A DNA stretch of 63,450 nucleotides, counting the filler, from Hausera hauseri (taxonomy: Eukaryota): assembly GCA_046269625.1 (NCBI GenBank). It is 13 parts of 13 records of this genome, joined end to end, with 100 filler letters (N's around TTAATTAATTAA, not from the genome) between each part and the next. Parts side by side here need not be neighbours in the genome. Positions count along the whole stretch, not along the records: positions 1 to 4,012 come from JBJURY010821418.1; positions 4,113 to 8,744 come from JBJURY010496241.1; positions 8,845 to 13,124 come from JBJURY010660663.1; 10 more parts are not named here. One strand, given 5' to 3'. Positions 1-12,269 of this stretch are shown piece after piece. The position numbers were made by a program, and so were the translations under genes. The stretch's first letter is position 1, and every line of letters begins with the position of its first letter. A model generated the notes under the pieces. The model was not told the DNA's origin. It saw only the letters and a list, made by a program, of their open reading frames with translations, and did not search any database.

Positions 1-253
1 GTACGGGTTGTCATTGACACGAATTGTGACTGATAAGATTTGTCATTGACACGAATTGTGACTGGTACGAGTTGTCATTGACACGAATTGTGACTGGTAC
101 GGGTTGTCATTGACACGAATTGTGACTGATAAGATTTGTCATTGACACGAATTGTGACTGGTACGAGTTGTCACTGACACGAGTTGTGACTGATAAGATT
201 TGTCATTGACACGAATTGTGACTGGTACGAGTTGTCACTGACACGAGTTGTGA
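1..253. repeat. Minisatellite: 32-bp unit built from two 16-bp subunits (e.g. gtacgggttgtcattg + acacgaattgtgactg), about 8 units
   Basis: Direct tandem repeats read in the sequence; the variable half alternates gtacgggttg / ataagatttg / gtacgagttg. Confidence 0.9.
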
Positions 254-499
254 GGCCGCCTATTGCCACATCTAAAATTTTTGCCTTATTTTTAATAAAT
301 CACAATGAATGTTGGTAGCAAATTTTCAGTTAATCTGATTTGTTGCAGTTTTTAGTGTTCCTATCAGTAACCAACTAGAACGTTTAAGAAGAAGTTTATA
401 ATCAATCACTTTCTTGCTTTTTCCATCCTATCCCACTAAGAAAACACTAAACAATATAAGGCCATCCAAATATGCAATATTTCAAACGCTTATCCTCAC

Positions 500-1100
500 C
501 TATATTTTTTACAGCACATTTCATCTGGCCAATCTGACGACAGATGTTTAGAATTATCAACAGGTTCGGTAACGAATTCGGAAGATGAGAAAACGAAATT
601 ATGGTCATCGAAGCTGACCGGATCCATCGACATGTAATGGGGAATTGTTGGAAATGCCGTCTCATTTGACACATTGTTGAATTTTAAATCATCACCATGA
701 TTGGACGTCAGAGACAGTAAACCTCCTTCAGTACCGAAGGCAATGAATTTAGAACTAAACTCCGGGAATTTGGTTTTTTTAATTACAAATTACTTCGACG
801 ATATATCGATGGACTTAATTGTATCGTATTCATTGATACGGTACGCTTCATCCATCGGCACACCGAGCATGTTCTGACCGAAATTTGCCACTTGAAACTG
901 ACCAGTTTTCGAAACAACAAGAATACTGTCGTTGAATACCGGCATAAATCGCACGAACGCTGGATGCATCTCTACTTTAATTGGACACTGAGACTTTTTG
1001 TATCGAAGATCATACACCTATTAAATAATAAAGTATACAGTAGGGTTCTGACTTTTAAAAAATAAAACCCCATAGGTGCATTTGGTGAACATTTGCATAT
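500..1100 (-). pseudogene. PAN2: Fragment of PAN2 poly(A) deadenylase (end of WD40 region and linker); 3 exons, partial or pseudogenic
   Basis: Splicing GT-AG introns 1052-1018 (35 nt) and 793-755 (39 nt) gives FLK|VYDLRYKKSQCPIKVEMHPAFVRFMP...VVSKTGQFQ...IDISSNSKFIAFGTEGG...FNNVSNETAF...LSSDWP. This matches the recalled PAN2 pattern FLKVYDLR...DPAFLRFIP...SKQALAFGDSEG...LLSDWP. Flanking exons could not be put in frame. Confidence 0.8.
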
Positions 1101-1267
1101 AAAATGAGAAAACCGCAATTGTTTTTAATTTTCCTGGAAAAACCACCCACGAACTCAAATGGGTAAGAAATCCATATTAACGTATTATTACAACGCGTAA
1201 CTAATGATTGAAAATTTAAACTTATTACATATGAAGTTGCTACAAAATATGCTTGTTGTATTTTGTA

Positions 1268-1852
1268 CATGTTTGGGCATAATTACGGCAACCAGTATTT
1301 TAACCGAAATGAAGAGCGGCCTTGACAGAAAAGCCAAACAAACATTAAAATTTTATTTTTCTGATAACATAACAAATTACTTTAAATCTTCAAAGATATC
1401 TCCATGAGCAGCAACACAGACTCTAAGGTGTTACGGAAATGTATCGGAAAGGTACACGACGTTCAACTTGTCCCATGCTTTCTCAAGAGATTTCTTGAGA
1501 GATGATGCTAGAATGAGGCTTATTGCGTACCTTTGAATCAAGGACACTCCATACAGACTAATCCAGCGGATTCAAAACCTTTTCATCGGTGAACAAGATA
1601 TTTCGATAACCATTACCACTGAAGCAATACAGCAAGGCCTTCGAGCGATCTTCTCGTTTCTTTTTGGCAAGATTCGTAAGAAATCGCCCCTTTGAATACT
1701 TGTAAGACTTCATTTTAAGCTTTTTCTTGATAATTCGTCCAATGGAACGTCTTAAAATCTTCACATCCGCTGCGATTTTGATTTGAGAATGGAAGCACAA
1801 AACTGTTAGAAACGACCTAGCGCGCTGGTCGCCGTAATTATGCCAAACCCTG
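1268..1852 (-). mobile_element. Internally deleted Tc1/mariner (maT-like) element with about 28-bp TIRs and TA target duplication
   Basis: Left TA|catgtttgggcataattacggcaaccag matches the reverse complement of right ctggtcgccgtaattatgccaaaccctg|TA. The transposase remnant KLKMKSYK...ILFTDEK is joined directly to LNPLD*SVWS, so the catalytic middle is deleted. Confidence 0.85.
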
Positions 1853-1921
1853 TAGATTAATCTGGTTCAAGTTTGCATTTTATAATTTGTTATTGGAGTA
1901 ATTATTATTTTATTACATCAA

Positions 1922-3780
1922 ATGTCTTTCCGGAAATTAACCAAAGCGGTATCAGTAAATCAGAGGACATGGAAGAAAAATCTCACAACATTCAGTCAAT
2001 CACTAAAGAAGCGACAGCACAAGATCAGATATATTGTGGATTCACTGAAATGTCTTTGTAAGCTGCCAAAGAAAGTGATTATTGTAGGTCGATATCCAAC
2101 TTTAGCTAATACTGAGAAATCGAGAAAACTAAGAATAAAACTAATTGGTAACGAAATTACACAATTGTGGCAGAAAATAAATTTTCCAATTTTGTCAAGC
2201 CAAGAAAAACGTTATTAGAATTATTAACAAAATACAAGTTTTTGAAAAGGTCAACAGCCGAAACAAAAAAATCGTATTCAAATTTATATGATGTAACAAA
2301 ATCAGACGGAAAATGGCTTTGTACAGAAGACAAAAACGTGTATTACATATTACTACAATATAAAGATGAAGTAGGATACACTAATGAGAAACAAACTGCT
2401 AAGAAAACCATTCATCCGTCAAAAAGAATGAAACTTGCGAAGTAAACCACAAGTAAATTTTCAGATCTTCAGGAAACATCAATCGATAGCAGTGAAACCA
2501 AAAGCAATTTAATCGAAGTAGAAAGTAGAAACCAGTTTTCAAAGAAGCAAACCAGGTACAAGTTATATGTTAAGAGCTTGAAAAATGAAAATTGGTCTCT
2601 ACATTTTGATGGAAAATTGATAAATAACAAACTACATCAAGTAGTAGTGCTTAAAAATGAAAAACAGGAAATTTGGCTTGTTGTACTGGTTTTACCAGAT
2701 GCTAAAATCTCAACGTATTGCAAGTGTTTTAAGCAAATACGATCTGCGGCAGGCAATAAAAATGATAGTATGTGATACAACTGCTACCAACAGTGGAAGA
2801 AAAAATAGCGTTGTCATGCGATTGCAACGTAAATTTCAAGACTGCGGATTCGAAAAACCAGTATATATCGGATGTCAACATCATAATTTGGATAGAGTAT
2901 TAAAGCATGTACTTGATCACTATTTTTTGGAATCCAGCAAATCGCCTAATATTGATTATCCATTCGTAACAAACCTATTGAAAAACTATTAACAATGGAA
3001 AGAAAACTCTAAGGTCCAAACAGTAGATAACATGGACTTTGAAGAACAACGATGATGGAGAGATGCCGTGAAATTTTTGTTTCATCTAGTAAAAGTATTT
3101 AATCATTATGTACTGTTTAGCAAGATTGTCAAAGTGAGGTTTAGGCATTAGCAGGTTTGTCCAATGCGCGTTGGAATTCTGGAGCAATTTTTGCATTGCT
3201 ATCGTTCATTCTCGTACCTGAATCTCGGTCCCAGTTACATGACATGTAGTTTTATTTGTGGAAACTGGTTCAGTGTGGTTTGGTGAACAAATGTTTAATG
3301 AAAAAAATTATGAAAAACTAAGAACAAGTTAAGAAGTACCCGAAAATAGCTATCTGCTTAGAAACACTGGTCTAGAAACCCTTCGCCTCTAAATACACAG
3401 CGCAGTAACATATGTGCTGAGATCAATCAAAGTATTGCAGGACTTGTATTCACTGTGTAGGGGCGTCGAGAAACTGAGTTTGCGTTTTCTTTGAATAACG
3501 AATAACTGGCATTGATTGAAAACCAATGATATCGGTAATTATTATTCTGTATCATATCAATGTTTGGTTGTTATTATATACGAAAAAACAGAGTTATGGA
3601 TAAGTCTTTCTGTATTATAGCAAAATCGATGTTACATATATGTACGTAGAAAGTGAAGTGGTGGTTGAGGTTATTTTTATAAAATTTTGCATCTGCTGCT
3701 TTTTGGAAACTAAAAAAGTTCATCAACTTCTGATATGGGAATCTTAAAATTTACGCTTCTGTAAACTATAAACCACCCTG
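1922..3780 (+). mobile_element. Decayed DDE DNA transposase, Sola2-like motif pattern
   Basis: Frameshifted ORFs carry LHFDGK, CDTTATNSG, IGCQHHNLDRVL and SNARWNS; possible terminus CCACCC near 3774-3780. The family assignment rests on motif memory. Confidence 0.6.
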
Positions 3781-4012
3781 TATGACACAATTTTCTATGA
3801 TGTCGATTTATAATATTTTCCAGCTTGTCTAATAGAATATTAATGTATTCATGTGACAATTTCTGTTGTTTTGTCGGACTTCGTTCTATTTTCGTTTTCT
3901 ATTTCTGTATTCTATTTTCATGTTCCTAATTAGATTGGCTGACTTTACTTATACCCATACTTGATATTGTACCTGCATTTAAATGTAGTTTAACTTTGCG
4001 ATATCCCATTTT

Positions 4013-4112
4013 NNNNNNNNNNNNNNNNNNNNNNNNNNNNNNNNNNNNNNNNNNNNTTAATTAATTAANNNNNNNNNNNNNNNNNNNNNNNNNNNNNNNN
4101 NNNNNNNNNNNN
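4013..4112. other. Artificial contig-joining linker (N44-TTAATTAATTAA-N44). Also at 8745-8844, 13125-13224, 17195-17294, 23399-23498, 27792-27891, 33536-33635, 39347-39446, 44815-44914, 49357-49456, 54757-54856, 59224-59323
   Basis: The same 100-bp block with a six-frame stop 12-mer occurs 12 times between unrelated sequences. Confidence 0.97.
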
Positions 4113-4700
4113 ATAAAAAAGAGCTGCCTTTGTATTTCCTGCTTCATTATTGCTACATTGTTGATATTCGAACGCAGGTTAAAATGCAAAAAATCTCATT
4201 AGTCAAAGGAATCAAAAATGTAATAAAAAATAGATAAAATAGAAAGATCCAGTGAAATTGTAGCAATCAAAAAGGAAACATTTGCATCGATGTTAAAGAA
4301 AAAGCAGGATTTGCACCACGTAAAGCGTGACTACTATCCAAGCAGAAGAACAGATAACCGAATGAATGGAACAAGGAAAGCATTACAAAATCCGAAAAAA
4401 TCAATCGACCAGAGTTTCCCAAGACATTGGTATATTGGATATGTTCTGATGAGGAACACATAAATCGAGAATGTCCTAAACAGAATATCAGATATTAGTC
4501 TTGTCAGAAAGAAGGTCACTTTAGTCGAAATTGTTAGAATAGATGCATCAGAATATACCATGCCTGCAAAGGAAGAAGTTATTTCAGATCAAATTGTCCG
4601 TATGTCGATGTTCCACGTGTAACATGAATGGGCATTTTGGATACAAATGCAGAAGGAAAATATCAGTCATCAACCACAAACCCCGAAGCTGTCAAGGATA
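4113..4700 (+). pseudogene. Decayed retrotransposon Gag C-terminus with four CCHC zinc knuckles
   Basis: Translations WICSDEEHINREC, SCQKEGHFSRNC, HACKGRSYFRSNC and CSTCNMNGHFGYKC between about 4435 and 4655, with stops and frameshifts. Confidence 0.75.
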
Positions 4701-5059
4701 CAGATTTCCCAGATGATTCCTATGAATTTTGTTGTTATAATCATTCGACAGACAGATATCAGAATTGTTTTGATTGACGCTTACTTTCGCTTCGATCATG
4801 TTTTACAAGATTCAAAATATCGAAATTAGGTTCATTTCGTTTTTTGGTTTCGGTTAGTTCGAATATTTTTAGGCAGAATTTGACTGGAGATTGAATAAAT
4901 TTATAATTAAATCCTATATGAATAATTTGATCGAGATCCAGAAAATTAGAAGTCATAAAAGTGTTATTTAAATCTCACACCTATATGTTGAATATTCAAA
5001 CAAGGAAAATCACTATATAATTTACAAATATTTTCTGAAATTTTTAGATGGGCCAATGT

Positions 5060-7260
5060 GGGCACCACACCATCTATCCAGATTACTGTCCTTGGTATTA
5101 CTTTACCACCGTCTATAGTAGTTATCAGAGCTTCTTTTGGAGTCGAAAAATAAAACATTAGTTTCATGTTTCGAATCATAACTTTCTACTTCACCAGGAT
5201 AGTATATATCTACATAATTGTTGGTAGTGAATTGTTGTTGTTCTATTGGATATTCATTCCATCTTTTTACTTGAGGAATATCTGCTAACAATGTCCTCCG
5301 TTTCTTGCTTCGAACGGTGATTAAACTCCGTATCTTTTTTGTATTCAAGGATGAATTTGATTGAGACTTAGTTTTCTTTATTTTCTGTATTGGAGGTATA
5401 TCTTCATCATCATTAGAATTTTTTTGTTTCCATTCAGCGTCCTTCTTTATTAGGAAACAACTAGCTAAGAATGGAATCAGAGCATACATGATTTTACATG
5501 TTCATCCGGCAGCCTGTTTTATGCCATAGCCTTGTTTTATGATAGTAAGAAGATAGCTTTTACAAAGGATCCTAGCCATCCAGAGTTAAATTGACAAAAC
5601 CACATGTACCATCCCCGTTCGGTAACAAATATATCTCTAGTGATTCGTTTTGCGTAGTCTGGTCCCACTAGGTTTTCCCAATTAGCTTTTTCGTCATGGT
5701 CGGCTGGTACTTTCATAGCTATTTCTGTTAGGACTTTTTGTTTCTGCTGAGGGAACATCATCATTCTTCTGTGATTTTTCATATATTGTTCAGTATATAC
5801 GCCCATCTTTACCAAGCCTGTGAGTCGCTTATATGTTTGTTCGGTCTTTAAATTGAATAAGCTGACTTTTCGAGACGGTGAAATCTGCTCCTATTTAGGC
5901 ATTCGCTCCCAAAAACTGTCGCTCGGTCGAAATGTTGGCCACATGGTATACGTACAATTTTAGTATAAGTATGGTTTTTCAATAGGGTCCAACAATATTC
6001 GAGTAATCGGTTGTAAAAATCTTGGCTTTTTATTATACCAAACTGGTAGTTCCATGATACAATCATTAGTTGGTCTTAACTTGATAGTTACTCTCGTACA
6101 TTCAGAAGTTACAAGGATTTCTCCCACTGTTCGCGCAAATTTTCCTTCTGCACCAGGTAATTCATCTGGATCCTTTACTATTCCGTTACTGTGGACAGAT
6201 ATGTTCTGTTTTTGATTATTTCTCTGTTTGGTTTGCAATCGTTTAATATCATTTCTCGATACATTGTATAAATATTCTCTTGTTGACAGTGATAAATGAA
6301 ATTAATCTTGTTGTCAAAGTATCGGTGTGGCTTTACTTCCGATTTATAAATTTTCTTTATTCTTCTTTTATTTCAAAGGCGAATATTCCTTTCTAATTCG
6401 TTCAATATACCACTTTTCACACATTTTGGTATCATTTTCTATTTTGAATCTCATTCCTTCACTTGGATCTTCTGAGTATACTATAGTTGAAGTTTCGATC
6501 GTATCCGATACTCGATCCAATGTGCTTTTTGATATTTCTTCTTTTTACATTCGTCCTTTTGTTTCAAAGAATTTTTCAGTTCTCTATAAGGCTAACTGAC
6601 ATTGATCCTTTTCAACTTCATGCGCCATTATCGATTCACCCGTATCACATTCTTTACTTTAATGACCACATTCAAGGAATATCATCATTTTTACTGATGA
6701 TAATTCAAAAAGAGCATTATCTTCACTTAGCTCGACTTGGTAGTCCTCAATGGCTATTACCTTATCCAAAACTTCACCGTTTATATTGTAAGATTCTCCC
6801 TTACAATAGCCTGTCTTATCAATTGGTCCGGCTATGAAAATTCTCTTGCTGCTAACTTTTCGTTTTTGAGCCTTTAACCGAATGCCTCCTATGTTAATTT
6901 GTTTCATCACAAAAGCTTCTATGCACATCCATTTACTTATCAGAAGTGATTAGTATGGGGTTGATGGCTCCACTATGGCTGAGTTTGTGCCAGTAGCTGT
7001 AAATAAAGTGGAAGTAGTTTTTTCGCACAAGGCATTCTTTCACTTTAGTTTTTACAAATTCTGATTCTTGGTAAACATAATATTCTTTATGGGTTGTTGC
7101 AGTTAATGATGTCGGAGTAGCGTACGGGCATTTTTCTATATCCTACAGAGAATGTCGGACCTTCCTTAGCTTGACTACAGTCATAAGCACAAAATTAAAT
7201 TGAAGTAATGGTAGAATTTTAATTACCCGAAACAGATCAATATCTGACTGTTGATTCTGC
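5060..7260 (-). mobile_element. Retroelement copy 1: decayed class III (chuvirus/gB-like) glycoprotein, TM region, cytoplasmic linker and start of protease (truncated)
   Basis: AYDCSQAKEG...EKCPYATP...YQESEFVKTKVKECLVR; IAGPIDKTGYCKG; GKFARTVGEILVTSECTRVTIKLRP..CIMELPVWY...PITRIL; GVY...MMFPQQKQ; ALIPFLASCFL. Colinear with the copies at 18595-20409 and 46836-48600. Confidence 0.85.
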
Positions 7261-7299
7261 TATCTTGTTTTACCGGGTGGAGTGTAGACCTGCAGCTTG

Positions 7300-8290
7300 G
7301 GGCGCCACCACAATTTTCTCGTTTAATTTTAGCGCTCAACTCTTTTTAGACAATGGTCTTTGCCTCCCAGTCCTTGTTTGCTGTTCCCGCGAATCTGGTG
7401 GTCTGTCGACCCAATTTTGCTTCGATTTGCATCATTATCCTGATCGCAAGGATAAAAACCCAGATAATCCTGACGTGTTCAGAACTTCTTGACAATCAGA
7501 TTGAATACAGCAAATCAGATGGCACAACAAATAAAACTGTTGGAGATGTAGTATTCAATATAGAATTAATGCGGGATTCACAAAAGGAACCTGATTTAAA
7601 ATCAAGAAATAATATGAAGCCACTAAAGAAGCTAATAAAATAAAATTCTGAAGAAGCTCTCGACAAAATTTTAATGTCATTCAAATCCACCGTCTTTCGT
7701 TACATTTCATCGGAAACCTTCAAAATGCGTCAAATAGAACAGGACCCGAAACTGTTTCTGAAATGATTTATTCGCGAGACAACGGTCGCGAAAAAATTGA
7801 CAAAGCATATCCAAAATAATAAAAATAATTGCCAAATTTGCTGTTTGTTGCCGAGGAAAACAGATTTCAATTCCAGTTACATTTATCTGGGTTTGGTGAA
7901 CGATGCGGTTACCGTTTTCGAGGTGCCAGTTTTTTCGACCACGTTTGGTCGAGATTGGCACCACAATTTGTACGTATTTGCCAAAATGGAACCGAAAAAT
8001 GTTACCTGACAGCAATAGAATTCTGATGATTTGACAACTGCGTTTTTCGCACAATACGGCAAATGCAACGATGGGAGGTAAACACGGGCATCGGCGGTTG
8101 ATTCTGTAACGAGAAAGCCCGTACTTGTTTTTAATGAATTATAAGCAGAAGAATGGGCAACTTCTGTTTTGGAATATAGAACACTGGAATCATCTTCATT
8201 TTCATAATCATGAAGTAATCTATCAAGGTCGCTAACAAATTTTTCCATATTTAAAGAAATCTGCGTGTCTTTTTCTGGCACCAATTGTAA
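7300..8290 (-). pseudogene. Possible decayed host gene with a Rubicon/DEF8/PLEKHM-like Cys-rich domain
   Basis: Weak colinear echoes only (AVVKSSEFYCC..NCG, VTGIEICFP..ANLAII, YALSIFSR, RKTVDLNDIKIL); many stops. Confidence 0.25.
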
Positions 8291-8844
8291 ATTGATATAA
8301 ATATATCAGTCGACACGAGACGAGAACAATGCCGGTATAATTCAAAAAGTGATGCCAGATCCAAACAACTAATAGAGAAGTATCAATCTCGAAATCCACA
8401 AATCGAAATCGCAGTAATAAATTCAAAATGAAGTCGATTATTGTATTCAATATTAAATTACAAGTTAAAAAAGCAAAACACATTTACATTATTCAAACAA
8501 AATTTTTTATCTATATACATATACAGCATAATACATCGTAAAGTTCTTAATCCGGCAATGCACTAGAATGGAATCCGTTAACGATATTTTGGAAATGGCG
8601 TTGGAATCTATTTCCAAAAATTTATCGTTCTATCGACAATTGGAAATAACAAAATGACTAAACAATTGGAAAAATAAATATATCAACCAAGATATAGGAA
8701 ATACAATGGCAAGAAAATTTTGAATCATTAGTGTTTCAGAACAGNNNNNNNNNNNNNNNNNNNNNNNNNNNNNNNNNNNNNNNNNNNNTTAATTAATTAA
8801 NNNNNNNNNNNNNNNNNNNNNNNNNNNNNNNNNNNNNNNNNNNN

Positions 8845-11800
8845 CCTCAAAGAACTGAATCGATGTGCCGTTGGAAAGTTTGTGCTGCCTTCTTTAAATC
8901 AAACGGCATGAATGCGTATTCGAAAAGACCAAAAGGTATTATAATGGTAGTTTTTGGGATGTCTTCTAATGCTACGGGTATTTGGTGGTAGACGTCTTCA
9001 AGATCTATAGTCCATAGATTGTTGTCTTGTGTAATGAATGTAATATATACTTAATCAAAGATAGAGGATAATTGTCCATGGTAGTTACGTTATTAAGTTG
9101 GCGATAATCGCCGTATGGGCGCAATGTGCCGTCTTTTTTGGGACGACATGGAGTGGTGATACCCAAAGCGATTTCGAGCGTTTTATGATTCCAGCTTGCT
9201 CCAGTGCAGAGAATTCCGCTTGTATTACGTGTCGCCGGCGTGGTGAAAGTTGGCGGAGTTTCTGCCTAACGGGCTTAGGATTTTCTGTGATGATATGATA
9301 AAACGTCGTGTTAGCCGGACGGAATGGTGGATCTTTTTTAATTGTATGGAAACAAGACTTGACTAAATATTGTTTCATTTTCTGGCTAAGTGTCGTAAAG
9401 GCTGTTGTTGTTACGGCAGTGGAGTGATTGGATTTTGTGTGAGAAATGCTAGAATTCGGGTCGCCTAAATCGTCCTTGTCAACTCTTTTTGTTACTCTAT
9501 TACCGGACTGCAGAAAAAACGTTGGATTGTTTATATTGGTATTAATGGCGTTCTTATTTGCGTTGGCTGATGGTTCTTTTAATATCGATTTTATAGGCGA
9601 GATAGGTTGCATGATTAGTTGGTTATTTGCATAGGTCGGTTTTGTTGAACTGCTTTTGATGATATAACGTTGACTACAATCTACAAGGAGGTTGTAGAAA
9701 GATAATAAACCAGACCCAAGTATTGGAGATTGTGTGTCGGCAACGATGTATATCGAATTGATAATGTCGGAGAATGGTGGTAAAGTGAATGAAACTTTGG
9801 ACGTGCTGAAAATGCGTAAAGCTTAGCCATTAGATGTGTACAATTTGGTGTTAGGTGGAGAAATGGATATTTTTTATGGATGGTGGTAATAAAGAAACAG
9901 CTGCCCCAGAGTCAATTAAAAAGTTGATTGATTGATTGGATTAGGAAGTTAAAGAGGTTTTTAATGTAAAAACTGCATAAGTACGACTATTATGAAGAAA
10001 ACCTTTGCCCGTGTGAGCATATGCCGAAACATCTGACGGCTTTATGCGTTTTTTGGAGGCACGGGATTTATGTTGTTGGAAGGTGTATGATGTGATGGAT
10101 TAAATCTGTTAACAAATGTGCAACCTGTAACGCAGTTCTGTGCTTTAAAATTAAAATTATTATGATATGTGCAGATAATATCGTATCGTTTGAAACGGAG
10201 AGCATAAAATCTGCAACCTAAGATCATTTAGTCGATTTTCTTTTGAATTTAGTGTGGTAGTAACAACCATTGATCGTGTAGGTGACCTTGCATGCCTTCA
10301 ATTTTGAGATGAAATGCGGCTATGGTTCGCATCGAAACGATTTCGTCTAGGCGTGGTCAAAGCTTCGATTTTTGACGTGAGTGCAGAAATTGCTTCATGT
10401 ATGTTGGCGTTTTCGGCACGTAAAGAATTTCTGTGAGTTCAGATTAGATATGTTGCTAGATTGTTGAGTTCTAGGTGCTTGTAACGTAGCGGCTACTAAT
10501 AGGGATGCATGTGCATGTAACATTTCGTGGCTTTTGTCACCAAGTTGTGCTAATTTTTGTAGTGATGATGTGTCCTTTACTATGGTCAGCAGCGCACGTA
10601 TGTTTTTGGGTAAAAACCGCAAACAATACCTCTGTAGTAAATCGGCGTTATTTGCTTGATTAACGCTAAGAGTACTCAATTGAGTTAGTAAGATTTGTAG
10701 AAATTCTGAGGGTTTCAATTTGCATATGGTGTTGTCGTTAAAATATTTATCGATGTTATCCAGAGATGGTTCGGTGATTTTTAAAATTGAGTTAAAAGTA
10801 TTTTGTATGGGTCACTACTTTGGAAAATTTCCGACAAATTGGGAAGCTGCGACTAAATGTTGGAAGGCAGAAGTATAAGAAAGCTGTTTGCTTTAAGAAA
10901 CCAGTCGACAATATTATTTGACTTCAACCAAGCCGCATGAAGGTCCAACCACGTCCGGCTGGAGTGTTGCTTGTCGACGAAGTATTCTACACAAGGTAGA
11001 TTTACAGTAGACGACGGAGGTAGAGGTGAATTTAACGGTACACTTACAGTAGGAATGTCGGAAAAGTTCTGTTGGTCCTTAGACGATGCTTTTGAATCAG
11101 ATTCACCTAGCAGACGGTAGTGTACGGTGAGTATAGGTGTTGAAGATGACTGGGTATAACTTGTTATAGTGTCGGATTGTCGGAGAAAAAATCCATTATA
11201 ACTAAGGCGAAAATTAGCGAGAGTTGTTTGTCGCCGTAACGTGTCTGAAAAATTTGCAATTGTTGTTGATTTGTGTATGTAGTAAGTTTGCGTATGCTTA
11301 TTTTCGAATAAGACGAGAACGAAAATGTCACATAGGTTGGGCGTGCAGTGTGGTGCATAAGACACGGGGGCGCCCAAAATCACTGCATTGTAATGACCGA
11401 TCTTACTGACCTGGGAGATCATAGGCTTGATTTGCGATGATTCAATTGATATATTTTAACCAACGGTATAGTACCAATTTGTCTACCACAGACAATAGGG
11501 TAATTCGAATAAGAATCAGAAAGTGATGTATTGACTAAAATAGGACATAGGTTTGATAGTTTTTCGACAGCTTTGTATGTTATACATTTGGAAGTGTGCG
11601 TAAAGGGTTCTTTGGTTTTTCTCACACATTCACAGTATAGAAGAACAGTTATCGCGTGGTGTATATCATTACTTAGTTTATTAGGTACAGTCAAATTTGT
11701 AAAACGTAACTGAATTAACTACGCTGAGAGATATTGAGTGCAGCGATTAAACTACTTTGGTCGGCATTATTTTACAAATTGTTACGAAATAGAAATATAA

Positions 11801-11990
11801 CAAATTCACTGACCTATTTGTTGATCCAAGGCAGATTGTCATAACGTTGTCACTGGAGACACCCACGGGTAGCAATAAAATTATGAATTGACAGGATACT
11901 TTTATTTTGGTGCGAGACGTTTTCGGTACACTTTTATGACTCGGAAAATGTACCACTCGTTCGCTAAGTTCTCCGGGTCTTCGTATGTGA
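8845..11990 (-). mobile_element. Decayed Ty3/Gypsy LTR retrotransposon (Gag, protease, RT N-half)
   Basis: Gag KPSEFL...FLPKNIRALL...LAQLGDK; knuckle CTYHNNFNFKAQNCVTGC; protease FLIDSGAAVSLL (about 9900-9930); RT KSLWVSPLHVVPKK and YHQIPV..EDIPKT..IIPFGLFEY.FMPF. Confidence 0.9.
11102..11332 (-). CDS. Ubiquitin-like domain fused in frame to the N-terminus of Gypsy Gag (within ORF 10853-11422)
   Basis: DIFVLVLFENKHTQTYYIHKSTTIANFSDTLRRQTTLANFRLSYNGFFLRQSDTITSYTQSSSTPILTVHYRLLGE is 76 aa and aligns by eye with ubiquitin (IFV...TIENVK...RLIFAG..L....T...Y......LHLVLRLRGG). Confidence 0.7.
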
Positions 11991-12269
11991 TTTAATAGTC
12001 GATTTTGGTTAACGTGAATTGATGTAATGGAATACGAAGTAGCCCAGGTCCATTAATTGGCTAATTTTTGCTAAATTCATCTAGAGTAATTTGATGAGTT
12101 CCTGATGCAATTCCATTTGTCTACTAGTGGCTATTTGTTCCATAGCATTAATTGTTGCATTAAGTCTCTCTTCAAGTTGGCTATGTTCGATAATCGAAGC
12201 TAACACTCGGGAAGCCGTATCCTGTGTAGTTTCATCTTTAACACCCAACATAATCAACATCCGTTAATG

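Noticed and set aside
1-253. CRISPR-like repeat/spacer appearance (also 54934-55154)
   Set aside because: The 'spacers' are only about 10 bp and recur, the context is eukaryotic and there are no cas genes; these are ordinary tandem repeats.
4057-4068. Recurrent palindrome TTAATTAATTAA as a biological site (e.g. piggyBac target)
   Set aside because: It is always centred in an identical N-padded 100-bp block: an assembly linker with stops in six frames.
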